Origin: Chiloscyllium plagiosum
Lineage: Eukaryota
Length of the DNA stretch: 64,000 nt
Reading direction: 5' to 3'
Assembly (NCBI RefSeq): GCF_004010195.1
Contig: NC_057750.1
Span: 6,784,554 to 6,848,553 of the forward strand
Part shown: positions 24,820 through 38,148 of the stretch, piece by piece
Numbering within the stretch: position 1 is the stretch's first letter
Layout: each line of letters opens with the position of its first letter
The notes under the pieces: generated by a model
What the model was told of the DNA's origin: nothing
Database searches by the model: none
What the model saw: the letters and a program-made list of their open reading frames with translations, nothing else
Program-made: the position numbers and the translations under genes

Positions 24820-25461
24820 CTGGCTCGCATCACGGAGTGACACCAACAATATGGGTTCAATTGCCAGAGCAGCTGAGGTCACCAGGAAAGACTCTCCCCT
24901 TATGGGGTGTGGTGACCCTCAGGTTAAACCACCACCAGCTCTCACCCTCTCCCATGAGAGAGCAGCCCTAATCTCTGGTAGGACTATGGTCTCTTTAGTG
25001 CTTGGTTCTGGATTATCAGTAACAGGGTGGGTTGACAAGATGACATCAATTGCTTTCTCCATGGTAACACCTCAACTAATGTGCAACTGAGGAGTGCACG
25101 GTAAAAGGCCTTAACAGGGGCATAGGGGCGGGCTGCCTTAGAGTGGCCGGAAGGTGGGAGGGACGGGCGGGCCTAGCTGGGAGTCTGCATTGTATGCACT
25201 GTTTTTTATGTAATTGGACTGTCTTGTATGTACAAATGTCATCATTACTGTTTTGTGATGATTGAAACTGGGATTTGAGGTTTGTCCTCATTTCCCTGAA
25301 AACTAGTTGAATGGTCGGGTTTGGGGCCTGGCTTTGCCATTCCCCTCCCTTGTAAATTGCTGTTTCTCTGGATACAGCTGTTAATGTTAATTGTTTTGTA
25401 AACTGTGTATTGTTTAATAAATTTAACAAGGCCTTGACAGTATATCTACTGATTCAGCAAA

Positions 25462-25860
25462 TTGGTGGCTCAGTGGTTAGCGCCGCTGCCTCACAGCGCC
25501 AGGGACCCGGGTTCGATTCCAGTCTCGGACGATTGTGTGTGTGGAGTTTGCACATTCTCCCCGTGTGGATTTCCTCCCACAGTCCAAAGATGTGCAGGTT
25601 AGGGTGGATTGGTCATGAGTTCAGGGATGTGCAGGTTAGGGTGGATTGGTCATGAGTTCAGGGATGTGTAGGTTAGGGTGGATTGGTCATGAGTTCAGGG
25701 ATGTGCAGGTTAGGGTGGATTGGTCATGAGTTCAGGGATGTGCAGGTTAGGGGATATGTAGAGAAATGGGGAATGGGTGGGTGGGATTCTCTGCGCAGGG
25801 TCGGTGTGTACTTGTTGGGCCCAATGGCCTTTCTACATTGTGGAGATTCTACTCTATTCC
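25462..25860 (+). mobile_element. HE1 SINE with an internal 37-bp tandem repeat (x4 plus partial, 25589-25752)
   Basis: Head, V-domain and tail; repeat unit gatgtgcaggttagggtggattggtcatgagttcagg. Confidence 0.9.
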
Positions 25861-25939
25861 CTCGAGGGGCAATTAGGGACAGGCAACAAAATGTTGGGCC
25901 TACCAATGGTGAACACGTGCAGTGAATAGGACTGGCACG

Positions 25940-26350
25940 ATACGGAGAGGCGTGGGTGGAGTGGACGTGGAGAAGATGTTTCCATCAGTAGGAAGGACTA
26001 GGATCCAATGGCACAGCCTCAGAGTGAAAGGTCAGCCCTTTAGGACTGAGATTAGATTACTTACAGTGTGGAAACAGGCCCTTCGGCCCAACAAGTCCAC
26101 ACCGCCCCGCCGAAGCGCAATGCAGAGGAGTTTCTTCAGCCAGAGGGTGGGGAATCTGTGGGACTCGTTACCAGTGAAGGCTGAGGAGGCCTTTATCTTT
26201 AAACCCAGGAAAGACAGATCCTTGGGTGATCAAGGGTTAAAGGGAGAAGGCAGGAGTACAGGGCTGAGAAATCAGTCCTGATACATTGGCAGAACAGATT
26301 CAAGGGGCAGCACGCCTTCGAGGGACAGAACGGCCGGTGTCGTATGGAAT
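25940..26350 (+). mobile_element. CR1 3' end with a nested HE1 tail fragment (26051-26120)
   Basis: VDVEKMFP..HSLRVKG..FFSQRVGNLWDSLP. Confidence 0.7.
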
Positions 26351-26389
26351 GGAATTTTAAAAATAGCTCCCAAATACATTTCATGATGT

Positions 26390-26450
26390 GAGAATGCTTC
26401 CATATTTTATTTGATCAAATGTACACATACAACATAAACTTTATTTTCTT
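26390..26450 (-). terminator. Candidate distal polyadenylation region of the EML transcript
   Basis: Two minus-strand AATAAA (tttatt at 26406-26411 and 26440-26445) with several TGTA motifs and U-rich sequence upstream, all in non-repeat DNA. Confidence 0.4.
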
Positions 26451-27169
26451 TAAAAAAAAAACAAACTGCAGCGCAGCTAAAAAGCCATCTTATATTTCAG
26501 TTTCCCCAGCCTTATGGCATGACAGTATGTTTTGGTTATAAAGATTTTTCTGCTAGGATTATAAAAATACCATACATACACTGTACAGGTCTGTATACAC
26601 TGTCCCTGACCTCCAGCAAGCGGAATATCTCAGTCTTACACAGCAATGTTAAATTTGCCAATCCAGGTTTCGACGGGTCACTGTCCTTTTCACTGATTGC
26701 CCTCCGGGAAAGTTTGGCCCGATTCTAGAAGGTAGGGTGGGTGACAGGTAGTGTTGGCACTCAATCACCCTAGGGGGTGACATCTCTGCCAAAATATCAC
26801 ACTGCCCACAGTTCATTCTCAATTTCCACATCCCAATTGTGACAGACTTTGCCTCGCTCCCATTATTTTCTTTCTCAAGCACTTGATAACTGTCCAAGTT
26901 TGGAGAGAATCTAGTCAAAACAAAAGCTTCAAAATACTAGCCTCTGGTACGGAAGGCAGAGTGTAGATGCCCTTACCTCCCTCTCTCCAGGCCCTCAGCT
27001 CCCAGCCAGTCCAGTAACCGGTCGCCCATCAGCCAGTTGCCCCTGCTCCTGTCAATGGCAATCCCAGGTATTGGTGCTACCTGACAGTGCTGAACCACCC
27101 TCCATATTGAGACAGCATGTCACTTAAACCAAGACAATGCAGTGAAAACGAAAGCATTGTTGCTCCATG

Positions 27170-27740
27170 ATTGGGCAATTACAGGAAGGATGTTCCTGGT
27201 GACCAGGGGAGCCCAGAACCATGGGCCCACATTCTAAGGATGTGGGGTAGGACTGAGATGAGGAGAAATGTCTTCACCCAGAGAGTGGGGAGCCTCGGTC
27301 ATAGAGATGTACAGCACAGAAACAGACCCTTTGGTCCAACTTGTCCAGGCTGACCAGATATCCTAAATTAATCTATTCCCACTGGCCAGCATTTGGCCCT
27401 TTTCCCTCTAAACCCTTCCTGTTCATATACCCATCCAAATGCCTTTTAAATGCTGTAATTGCACCAGCCTCCACCACTTCCTCTGGCAGCTCATTCCATA
27501 CACGCACCACCCTCTGCGTGAAAAAGTTGCCCCTTTCATAGCTTTCCCCTCACCCTAAACCTCTGCCTTCTACTTGGAATTCCCTACCACAGAAAGCAGT
27601 GGAGGCCAAAACATTGAATTTTTCCAAGGAGGAGTCAGATACAGTTCTTAGGGCTAAAGGGATCAAACGCTATGGGAAGAACGCAGGAATAGAGGATTGA
27701 GTTGGATGGTCAACCCTGATCATAGTGAACAACTCGAAAG
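27170..27740 (+). mobile_element. CR1 3' end with an inverted younger CR1 3' end nested at about 27298-27575
   Basis: FTQRV is interrupted and resumes at tggaattccctaccacagaaagcagtgg. Confidence 0.7.
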
Positions 27741-28519
27741 GACTGATTCGATCAGCAACTGGAGGAAAGGTTCTTTCTCCGTTTAATCCTGTTCCACCCT
27801 TCAACAGATCATGACTCATCTACTTAAAACTCCAGTTCCCTCATTATCCTTCAGCACACCCAAGGCTATTGATCTCTGTCGTGAACATAAATGGCTAAGC
27901 ATCCATTGCTCTCCAGTAGAGAATTGCACGCAGCCACAAGGATTTGAGTGAATCCAATTTCATCCTAGTCCTGGACCCTTACCTAGAGTTTGTGGACTTT
28001 CAGGACAGCAGTTACTGCATTTACTGGCCCCAAAGTTCAGACCAACCACCCAAGGAGCAGGGTTCGACATCCTCTCACCTCAGGGGTTAGGCATATTCCC
28101 GGAGTTGTCATTGATGGTTAGCACGGAAGGAGGCCATTTGGCCCTTTGTGTCCAGGCCAACACTAAGACTAACACAGCTACTGCTCACCTCCATTATGTT
28201 GCCATCAAGTTCCCTCATGAAAGCTTCGACAGAAACGGGCCTCCAGCCACATTCGTGGATTGTGCCTTCCACATCCCAACAACTCACTCTATACAATGCT
28301 TGTTCCTCACCACACCTTTGGTTCTACATCCAATCACTTTCTATCAGGGCTCGCTAGGCCTTGGCCTGTCCACCAATATTCCCCACACCCCTCTCTATTC
28401 TGCCCAGGACCCTCGATCGAATCTCCGCACAACCCTCTCCAAAGAGAAACAGGTCCAACACCTCCAGTCCATCTACATAACTGAAGTCACACAACGTGGA
28501 ACTACCTTCTTGTAATTCA

Positions 28520-28812
28520 CAGAATCCCTGCAATGCGGGAAGAGGCCATTCAGCCCATCGGGTCTGTATCGACTCTCCAAAAGCATGCCACCCAGACCCA
28601 CTCCATCCCTACATTTCCCATGGCTAACTCACTGAGCATGAACACCATGAGTAATTTAGCATGGCCAACCATCCTAACCTGCCCACCTTTGGAGCGAGGG
28701 AGGAAACCAGAGCACCCGGAGGAAACCTACACAGATACAGGTAGAACATGCAGACTCCGCACAGACAGTCACCACAGAGGCTGGAATTGAACCCGGCTCC
28801 CTGATGCTGTGA
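28520..28812 (-). mobile_element. Degenerate HE1 SINE
   Basis: Reverse complement of the V-domain. Confidence 0.75.
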
Positions 28813-29163
28813 ACCCTTCACTTGAGGAGCACTATTTTGTTTAGTAAAGGGTACACTGAATGCAAAAGACCCAGAATATTGGCATTGAGTACAATTGCAC
28901 TTCCATTGTTCACACTGAGTGAGCAAACACTGGCTGAGCTAGATGCAGCATGAAATTCTACCCCAATTCCACACCTCAAGCCTCACCATGATAAAAGTCC
29001 CTCTACTCCCCAATATGACAGTGTCCCCATTTCCTACTTGTGCCCAGCTGTTGACTCCGACCTAGGATTGTTAATTTAGTGTCAAATTCAGGCCATCCTG
29101 ACCAGTGGGCTTGAATTGAAAATAGGGAGAGATTCCTACAGCCAGCAACACATCTCTACGGTA

Positions 29164-29320
29164 GAGAGAAACCTCGATTATCCGAAGGACACGGGAGGGG
29201 TGTATTTTGTTTGGTTAATCAAATTCCGGATAATCGAGTGCGGAATAACAGTTTAACCAAGCATTGGGACCTTGTGATCTTGCCGGATAATCCGATGTTC
29301 GGATAATCGAGGTTCCTCTG
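29164..29320. mobile_element. Tc1/mariner (pogo/Tigger-like) MITE
   Basis: TIRs agagaaacctcgattatccgaa / ttcggataatcgaggttcctctg, flanked by TA; second copy at 48684-48825. Confidence 0.8.
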
Positions 29321-30297
29321 TAGTTAGTGCTGGCTACAAAATTCAGAACCGGAGAACAAATGCATTACATTGAAGTCCTTTGTTAATGGAACTGGTCTGA
29401 TTATTTTTTCTCCTCTTCCAGGACCCATGAATCTATGGCATCATAACGTACAAGATCACAGGATGTGGGAGAAGGAGGCTATTCAGCCCATCGTGTCTGT
29501 TCCACCATTCAGGGAGATCCCGGATGATCTGATACCCCTCAGCTGCACTTGCCTGCCTTTTCCCCATAATCCTGGATTCTTTTACAGAGCAAACATCTCT
29601 CACAACCTTGACTTTACTTACAGCCCTCTGCGGTAAAAAGTTCCACAGATTCATTCCCCTCTGACAAGAAATCCCTCCTCATCTCGGTCTTCAATGGGTG
29701 AGCTCTTATTTGGGGAAGATGGCCTTCCGATCCTTGACTCTCCCACAAGGAGATCCACATCTGCACCTACCCTGTCAAGTTGCACAGAACGGGGAGCCTA
29801 ACCTGCTGTGCTTTTCCAACACCACTCTAATCTAAACTCTGGTTTCCAGCATCTGCAGTCCTCACTTTTGCCCAGTGTTATAACCAAGCTTCCAATCATT
29901 TTGCTAAATTCCAATGAGTACAGGCCCAACCTACACAAACGCTCCTCATAAGACAGTCCCTCCATACCTGCGAGTGAACAGTTTCTGGACTGCCTTTAAT
30001 GCCAGAACATTTCCTCCGATAAAGGTCTGATTAGTGCCTTGTATAGTTTTAGCAAGACCTCCCTACTTTTACATTTTATTCCTTTTGATGAAAAAAAATC
30101 ATGAATTTGTCTAGTTCAACACCAATCCTCAGGTCTCGTTAACCTTCCTTTGTTTTAGTCCAGTCAATAGGTTTGTCCTTTAACTGAACACACAAGGACC
30201 CAGCCTCAAACCAAACCACCAACATTCGTTTCAGTGTCTATGAGCCGGCAAGCCTCTCCAACACCCACTCCTTCCTACTCCGTGTTGAGCCACGTAA

Positions 30298-30575
30298 GGT
30301 CATAGAGATGTACAGCATGGAAACAGACCCTTCAGTCCAACCCGTCCATGCCGCTCTTTTATATCTTTCCCCTCTCACCCCAAACCTATGCCCTCTAGTT
30401 CTGGACTCCCTGACCCCAGGGAAAAGACTTTGTCTATTCCCCCTATCCATGCCCCTCAGGATTTTGTAAACCTCTATAAGGTCACCCCTCAGCCTCCGAC
30501 GCTCCAGGGAAAACAGCCCCAGCCTGTTCAGCCTCTCCCTATAGCTCAAATCCTCCAACCCTGGCAACATCCTTA
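30298..30575 (-). mobile_element. Internally deleted CR1 3' end
   Basis: [38 protein letters not shown]. Confidence 0.85.
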
Positions 30576-31837
30576 TAAAATCATTCCTTTCTGTTGCTTT
30601 CGTGACGATTTTGCCTTCTCTCCTAGGAGATCCTCTCACTAGGTCTAGCAGCAACGACAGGGGAAAAAAAAAGGGTTTGAAGCACCATTAGAGAAACCAG
30701 TTGGAAGGGTTGCACAGCGGTTTGTATGCTGCTCAGCAGCGAAACACAGAGACAAGATTTTTGAGAAACTGCATAGAGGGTTATTTTTTGCTTTCCCCTT
30801 TTAGGAGAGAAGGTGAAGTCCAGAGCTCAAGGAACTTTCAATTTAACTCTCCATGTTGCAGGACGTGTTACTAAAAATTCATCTCTTCACTTGAATCGCC
30901 AGCGCTTCACCTCACTGATGATTGAAGCTGGTTGTCAGTTGCCTGACTGCTGCGGTGTTTGGGCACTGCCAAGTTCCTAGGACGGGTGACAGATCCAGGT
31001 TTGGTCAGATTGGAGAGTAGAAGCTTGGCATCAGGCTCCATTTCGATCCAGACCACCTTCAGTTCGGCAGCAACCGCCCATCACTCAAACTATGTAGGCA
31101 ATAAATCCCCACCCCCACCCACAAGGCGGGGGGGGAGGGGGGAAGCTAGATGAGAAATTAGAGTAAGCAAAAAAATTGGTCGGTGATGTGCTATATAGGT
31201 TCCCACTTAGTTACAAAACACATCACTAAACAAAGAGCACCAATACGTCATTCAGGCACTAATGAAGGAACTGCTGTGCGTTGCAAACACATTCAGGCTC
31301 ACTTTGAAAGAAGCATTAGATTCCCTGCAACAAAAATAAAACAGGCAACTTTCTTAAAAAAAAAAACCCTGGTAATGATGCCTTTACATCAGAGATTAAA
31401 TGATGTCTTCAGTAGGACTTTAAATTTGCATCTCCCCAAGACCCAATGAAATGGCATGCTTTCATGGGTATCTTCAGCCAATCAGAATTCTTCCACAAAT
31501 AGGCAATTTTTGAGTGAGTGCAGGGATGGGGGAGGGGGGTGAAAAAAAAATTGCTGGTTGGCAATAAAAGACAACCAAGCCCAGGAATGACACAAACAAA
31601 GCAGGATGATTTCTTACCATTGGCACTTCTGGATTTTGGCATGTTTACCACAGCGACTGAAGCAAAGAGGGTTTGCGGCTGAACTATAAAATACAGGAGA
31701 AATTTAGGCCAATTAGCCCCCATGCCATCAGACTGTGGCCGGATTGCAGTGAGAACCCCCCACATTCTGTCTGGCCCTGCTCTCTTCTCCATTAACTCTT
31801 CACTCCCTATTCAAAAAAAAACACACACAAACCTTGA

Positions 31838-32045
31838 ACTAAAACAGAAAATGGCTGGAAAAAGCTCAGCAGGACTTGCAGCATCTGAGAGGTCAGGTCC
31901 TCAGAGCAGTTCTGAGGAAGGGTCACTGGACCTGAAACATTAACTCCGATTTCTCTCCACAGATGCTGCCAGACCCGCTGAGTTTTTCTGAACAATTTCT
32001 GTTTTGGTTTCTGATTTCCAGCATCGGCTGTTCTTTCAGGGTTTT
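31838..32045. mobile_element. P3 fold-back element in the putative 3' UTR
   Basis: Inverted arms; plus-strand core CTGAGGA-A-GGGTC-ACTG-GACCT-GAAA-CATT. Confidence 0.75.
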
Positions 32046-34649
32046 AATCAACATTGAATGAATTCATCAACACAACCTCCACTACTTTCTGGGAAAGAGA
32101 ATTCCACAGACCGATCACTCTCAGGAACAAAAAAAACTACTGAGAGTCCTTCAGGAGATCTGGGCATCACTGGCAAAGGCCAGTGTTTGTTGCTTATTCC
32201 TAAATGTCCTTGAACCAAGCCACTTGTTCGGTTAAGAATCAACGATGTGGCTATAGTTCTCGAGCCACATGTAGGCCCAAGCTGCTAAACGTCATTAACT
32301 TTTATTCACTCGTGGGAGTTGCTGGCTGGGACACCATTTAGTGCCCATCCCTAGACACCCTTAATGAACTAGATGGGTTTTATGACAATGGATAATTCTG
32401 GTGCCATTGAATAGGTTTAAATTCTGGATTTCTAGCCACATCAAGAACCGAACCCAGTGTTCTCCAAGCATTCTGGATTACTGCTCGGTCTACGTTGGTC
32501 AACGAGACGCTGGGTTGGGGTCGGGGGGGCTTGTCAAGTAGTGTTCACTTTGGTCACAGCCCCAGCACAGACAAGATGGGCCGAATGTCTTCCTTTCTGG
32601 AAACATGCATTCAAAGAAAAAAAAAAGTTAATGATGCTATATCTCTACAAAGAGGGAATAAAAAAGGGAAGTTTCCCCTTGTCACCTACTCTTTCTGAGA
32701 AATAGGAAGTTTGATTCTAAAATGAAGAGTTACTGGTGACTCGCAGGACTCCCGCGAGTGCTTGGAAGGATGTTGATTCTTGTGAAGGTTCTAACACACT
32801 GACCACTGACACAGGCCTCTTGACTGGGTTTAGGGACTTGCAGGAAAAAATTGCAATTGTACTTGTTGATACAGCCTCCACAAAATAGAGACATCTTCAA
32901 AAAAAAAGTTAATTCTCTACAGTGGAGAAACACATTCATTTTCCATTTGTATTTCTTCATTGTGATCCTTAAATAAGTTAAGTTGTATACACTTTTTAAA
33001 AAAAAAAGTCCATTCTCAGAATGTGGGGGAGATTGGTGAGATCAGATTTATAAATGACAGTGAGAGAGAGAGCACATTTGAGGAGCATCAGGAGGGATTT
33101 AAACCATGGTTCAGCCAAAACAGGTAGAGGGTAACAAATGTATTCGGGAATCCGTTAACAACCAAACGGCTTTGCTGCTGTCAACCAGGCCTTTACCTGA
33201 TAAATCCCATCCAACTGCTTTAGTTGGGTGTCAAGGTGATGGCCGTGTGGTGTTGCCGGGTCAGCAGATTGATAACATTGGCACTTAAATGGTGCGAATG
33301 GAAGTTTAGTGCATACACGTTTGTTACTGTGCTTAGAAACAGCAAAAAAAAAGGATAATGGCCTGTTAGACAGGCTTTCCCGGTTGTAAATCCATAGTGT
33401 GGAAATAGGATCAGAGCCTGTGGCTATCTAATCAAACTTTGGGCTTGGGGGGTGGTAGAAAAAGAGGGAAAAAACACACTCATTTGGAAGATGTGTTAGT
33501 CCAACAAGAAAGTGAATTCCCATGAGCCAGTTGGGTTCCCATGGTGACACAGACTTGATGGGCTGAAGGGCCTCTTCCATGCTACATGATTGATCGAGGG
33601 ACTGCAGTCAACATGGCAAAAGCAAAAACACTTCTTAACCCCACACCTCTCACTTAAAATAACAAACCCAAGTACTATCTTGTGGGACTAGTCTGGGAAT
33701 CCCAAACTAGGTGACAATCGGAGAGAAACAAATATCGAATGGTCAGCCATGACATTCTCAGCAGATTTAGAAAATAAATTGAATACAAGAGAACTATTTT
33801 TGCCCGTTTGGTTGACTCCTGATGGTTTTAGACAGAGGGTGTCCCCGTGAAGATTCCCCACGGGCTCCAGCCGTGAAAAGGGTCTGTCGCAGAATTGGAA
33901 ACAGTGTCCCGTCCTTCAGCAGAGAGGGTGAGGAAAAGGCTCCCAGAGTTTTCACTGCATTGGGCCATCCGTTTGAACGTAGCAGGAAGGCAACTTTGGG
34001 AGGGGCGGTGGGTCAGAGATGGAAATGCCTCTCACAAAATCCCAGTTTGGAGACCTAGGGTGGCGCAGATCCCTTTAAACAACCCCCCCAAAAAAAAACA
34101 CAGGCCGGGGTAGTGTTGGCGCAAATCAAATCGATCAATCATCAGACTAATCAGGATAGCCTTGGAGCAACAATAGACCTGTGCCCTCTCCTACACACCC
34201 CCTTACCCTTGTAGGGTCCAGCTGAGAGAGTGGTTTGCGGGATTCCTTTGGAATAGAATCCCTACAGGAACCAGCTGCTTACAAAAAGGGATCTCCAGAA
34301 TGGATTCTTATATTGATTTTTTTTTAAAAAAATGCAATGACTTTAGCACAGCAGGGGTGATGGAGACAGACTGCGAATCATTTCAATGCAGCTATAGGAC
34401 TGTCCGAGTTGGAACTGGCCCAAGGAGGCTAAAGAAATTTTTTAAAAGCCATAGTGCAGGTGCTGAGGGTAGGGGAAGAGCAATAGATACCCCGTCTGCT
34501 TCCCACTAAAAAAATAAATTCAGCAAAACCGCAAAACAAAAGAGAATTGATGACTAATGAGGCACTGAAGGATGGAATCTTGCTGTGCAGTGCCCTGGCA
34601 CCTCCCAACCCACACGGCTGGATTGCATCACTGGATAAAGTACGGTAAC

Positions 34650-34775
34650 CTAAGCGACGCTCCACTGAATGACACTCATGTCCTTCCCACCAGTGGAGAT
34701 CAGACTGGCGTTGTCATGGAGAAAGGCAATGTTGGTCACATGACTGCTGTGGCCACTGTACTTGTGACTTGGCGC
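34650..34775 (-). CDS. EML2: EML2-like last coding exon: APSHKYSGHSSHVTNIAFLHDNASLISTGGKDMSVIQWSVA-stop
   Basis: Acceptor tttctgttacag; TAG at 34652-34650. The protein stops right after QWxV, as in EML1/EML2, without the C-terminal extensions of EML3/EML4. Confidence 0.9.
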   Translation of the reverse strand, partial: APSHKYSGHSSHVTNIAFLHDNASLISTGGKDMSVIQWSVA

Positions 34776-34949
34776 CTGTAACAGAAACAGAGAACAGTGA
34801 CAAGTCATTGCATGTCTAAGTATTTGCTAACCTACCTGTTCAGGGATGTTACGACACACCCTCTGGACCAGGTGAGACTTCAACTCAGGCCTTCAGGCTC
34901 AGGGCTAGAGACAGTACCACTGCACCACGATTGGGTGTTCATCGATCTA

Positions 34950-35412
34950 CATAGGGTCTGTTTCCGTGCTGTAGGACTCTTCGGTCCAACCCATCCCAAA
35001 ATAAACTAGTCCCATCTGCCTGCTCCTGGCCCATATCCCTCCAATCCTTTCCTATCCATGAACTTATCCAAATGTCTTTTAAACATTGTAACTGTACCCA
35101 CTTCCTCCGTCACTTCATTCCAACCACTAAAATAAAATTGCCCCTCATCTTAAAAATCTCTCTCCTCTCACCTTAAAAATATGCCCACTAGTCTGGAAAT
35201 CCCCGCATCCTATGGAAAAGATACCAACCATTTACCTTCTCTACACCCCTCATGATTTTATAAACCTCGATAAAAGGTCACCTGCTCAACCTCCAGTGAA
35301 AAAGTCCCAGTCTTTCTTTATAATTCAAACCTTCCATGTCCCGCAACATCCTGGGAAATCTCTTTCTGAACCCTCTCCAGTTTTAATATCCTTCCTATAA
35401 CCGGGTGACCAG
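34950..35412 (-). mobile_element. Degenerate CR1 3' end
   Basis: Tail motifs shared with other copies. Confidence 0.65.
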
Positions 35413-37139
35413 AATGAAATCTTCGATCTTGCTGCTCATTAGCTGCTCCCCAATGTGGATCTCTGTCCTAAATCGGCCAAAGGGAAAGGGTGACAAACCA
35501 GTGTGGAAATTCATAATGCACCTGCCTGACAAAATAAAATCTTGAGAAAGGAAACAAAAGGCAGTTAAAATGAAGTGACCATACAAATCTGCCATGATTC
35601 AACTGAATGACAGGACAGGCCTGATGTGCTGACACAAACAGAATAGGCCATTCGGCCCTTCGAGCCGGTTCTCCCATTCAATACAATCATGGCCGATTGT
35701 CCAATTCAGTGCTTGGTCCCAACTTTCACCTCATACCTGTTGATTCTTTTATCCCTCAGAACAATATCTAACTCTTTGAAAACATTCAATGTTTTGGCCC
35801 CGACTGCACTCTTTGAAAACATTCAATGTTTTGGCCCCGACTGCTTTCTGTCACAAAGAATTCCACAGACTTCCCCCACTCTCTGGGTGAAGAGATTTCT
35901 CCTCATCTCAGTCCTACCCTGTATCCTTTAGATATTGACCCCCTGGTCATCAGGAACATTCTTCCTGCATTGACCCAGTCTAGTCCAGGAGAATTTTATA
36001 GGTTTCTGAGATTTATTTATTAATTTTATTGTCACATGTACTCAAAAGTACAGGAGTACAGTAAAGAGTGCATAATGTCACTAGCCAAGTGCCATCTAAG
36101 TACATTAGTACAGAATCTTAGGAGCAACGTGGAAAGAAAGAGTAAAGTTAAAGTTAAACATTGCAAGTGATTATAGTACAGTGATGCCTTCTTAGTTTTA
36201 AGTAGAAAAAAAAAAGAAATAAAGCTTCAAGTTCAAACATTTCCCCCCCCCCCTCAAAACTCGAGTGAATATAATCCTATACTGGAAATTAAAATGGTCT
36301 TCTCAGGTGTCCTTTCAGGGTGTGTCTCAAACACTCTGGGATAGTTAAAAGGTGGATGTGACAGAAGTGTCCATTGTTTTGTTTTGAGAAAAAAAAAAGA
36401 GATCTCATGAGCCTGAAATGAGTAATGGTTAGTCTGTGCTGGCGCTGTGAGATACAATACACAGTAAAGAGAAGTGACGGGTTCACCTGCTTTTATTGTT
36501 TGTCAGCCACTGCAAATGGTCAGGACTCACTCCTCTCAGACCTAAACGTTTGGCCCCTTATCCAGAGACTGTGCCTCCCACGGTCTATATTCCCCAGTCA
36601 AGTCGGACAGTGCAGCATTTGGAGCGTCCGCCAGGATTGTGAACAAGAGCTTATATTTGCAAAAGCACTTAATGTCATAAAAATGTTCCAAGGTGACTCA
36701 TGGCTACATTATGAACGATGCTTCATACCATCCTGCAACGTTGATGAGCCAGAGCAGTGTGGAGGAACAAAGATGGACTTTCTTTCATTTATAGCCTTCT
36801 ATTCTTCAACTACACAAAATGGCACCAGATTGTGTTGACAGTTGAAACTTTAACTGTATTTCGCTGTGTTGTTCATTGCAGAGTACAAGTCACTATTATT
36901 CAATCAATCATTCAACTGACGAAGGTGCAGTACTTCGAGAGCTTGTGGTTTTAACTAAACCGGTTGGATTATAACCTGGTGTTGTGTGACTTCTAACATT
37001 AGATTAGATTCCCTACAGTGTGGAAACAGGCTCCTCGGCCCAACAAGTCCACACCGACCCTCCAAAGAGTAACCCACCCAGACCCATTCCCCTACATTTA
37101 CCCCTGACTAATGCACCTAACATCATTCAGTTCGCTCTG

Positions 37140-37830
37140 ACTGAGCTCCAAGTTTTCCAAGAAGAGGTTTAAAAAGGAGTATCTTTAAAAAGGAGGAATA
37201 AACTGAAGGCGGAGGGGTTTGAGGAGGGAATTTAGTGCTAGATGGTTGAAGGTAGCACAGCCAATGGTGGAAGTGATTAAAATCAAAATAGCGGTGAAAC
37301 TAAAGAGGCAGGAATTGGAAAATCATAGACTTCAGAGAGTTGCAAGGTTGGGGGCCTTTACAAAGATAGAGAAGGATGAGACTGTGGAGAGATTGAAAAT
37401 AAAAGACGAACATCATTTTGTTTTTAAAAAAAAAATCAAAAATATGAGGCATTACTTCACCCAAACCAGTGTCAGTCAACAGGGGATTTGGAGAGATTGA
37501 AGAGATTGCAGAGTTTGGCATGACCAGAGTTTACAGAGGGTAGGGCCTGGGTACCAAGCCAGACACGTGCTTGAAGAGTCGAGGGCAGAGGTCACCAAGG
37601 TGTGAACGAGGGCTTCAACAGCCAATCAGCCGAGATGGCAGTAGAGTTAACAGAGGGAAGCTTGGAAACAGCAGGATTTGTCTGATTGGAAGCTCATTGG
37701 AGGGTGCAAACACGGTCTGGCCGAGTGTCAGACAGTTGCCAGGGCTGAAGTTAGTAGCTAGGGACTGAAAACAATGGCTTCCATATTCAACTGGAGGAAG
37801 GATTTCTGGTCAGCCTGAATCCAGTGTGCA
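37140..37830 (-). mobile_element. Old L2-clade LINE fragment (similar pieces near 49510-49920 and 57640-58030)
   Basis: Reverse complement resembles an L2-type ORF2 end (..NSLxKPLRL..SFK.LL..LF). Confidence 0.5.
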
Positions 37831-37849
37831 GCCAGACACCACAATAACT

Positions 37850-38148
37850 GTGGCACGGTGGCTCAGTGGTTAGCACTGCTGCCTCAGTGCTAGGGACTTG
37901 GGTTTGATTCCAGCCTAGGGTGACTGTGCAAACTCCACACAGACAGACATTCTCCCAGTGTCTGCGTGGGTTTTCTCCGGGTGCTCCGGTTTCCTCCCAC
38001 AATCCAAAGACGTGCAGGTCAGGTAAATTGGCCACGCTAATTTGCCAAGTCAGGGGTAAATTATAGGGTCTAGATGGGTTACTCTTCAGAGGATCAGTGT
38101 GGACTTGTTGGGCCGAAGGGCCTGTTTCCACACTGCAGCGAATCTAAT
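37850..38148 (+). mobile_element. HE1 SINE
   Basis: Head, V-domain and tail. Confidence 0.88.

Noticed and set aside
30600..31800. Possible exons of a second gene
   Set aside because: Frames tested after candidate acceptors hit stops and resembled no known protein; more likely UTR or intergenic.
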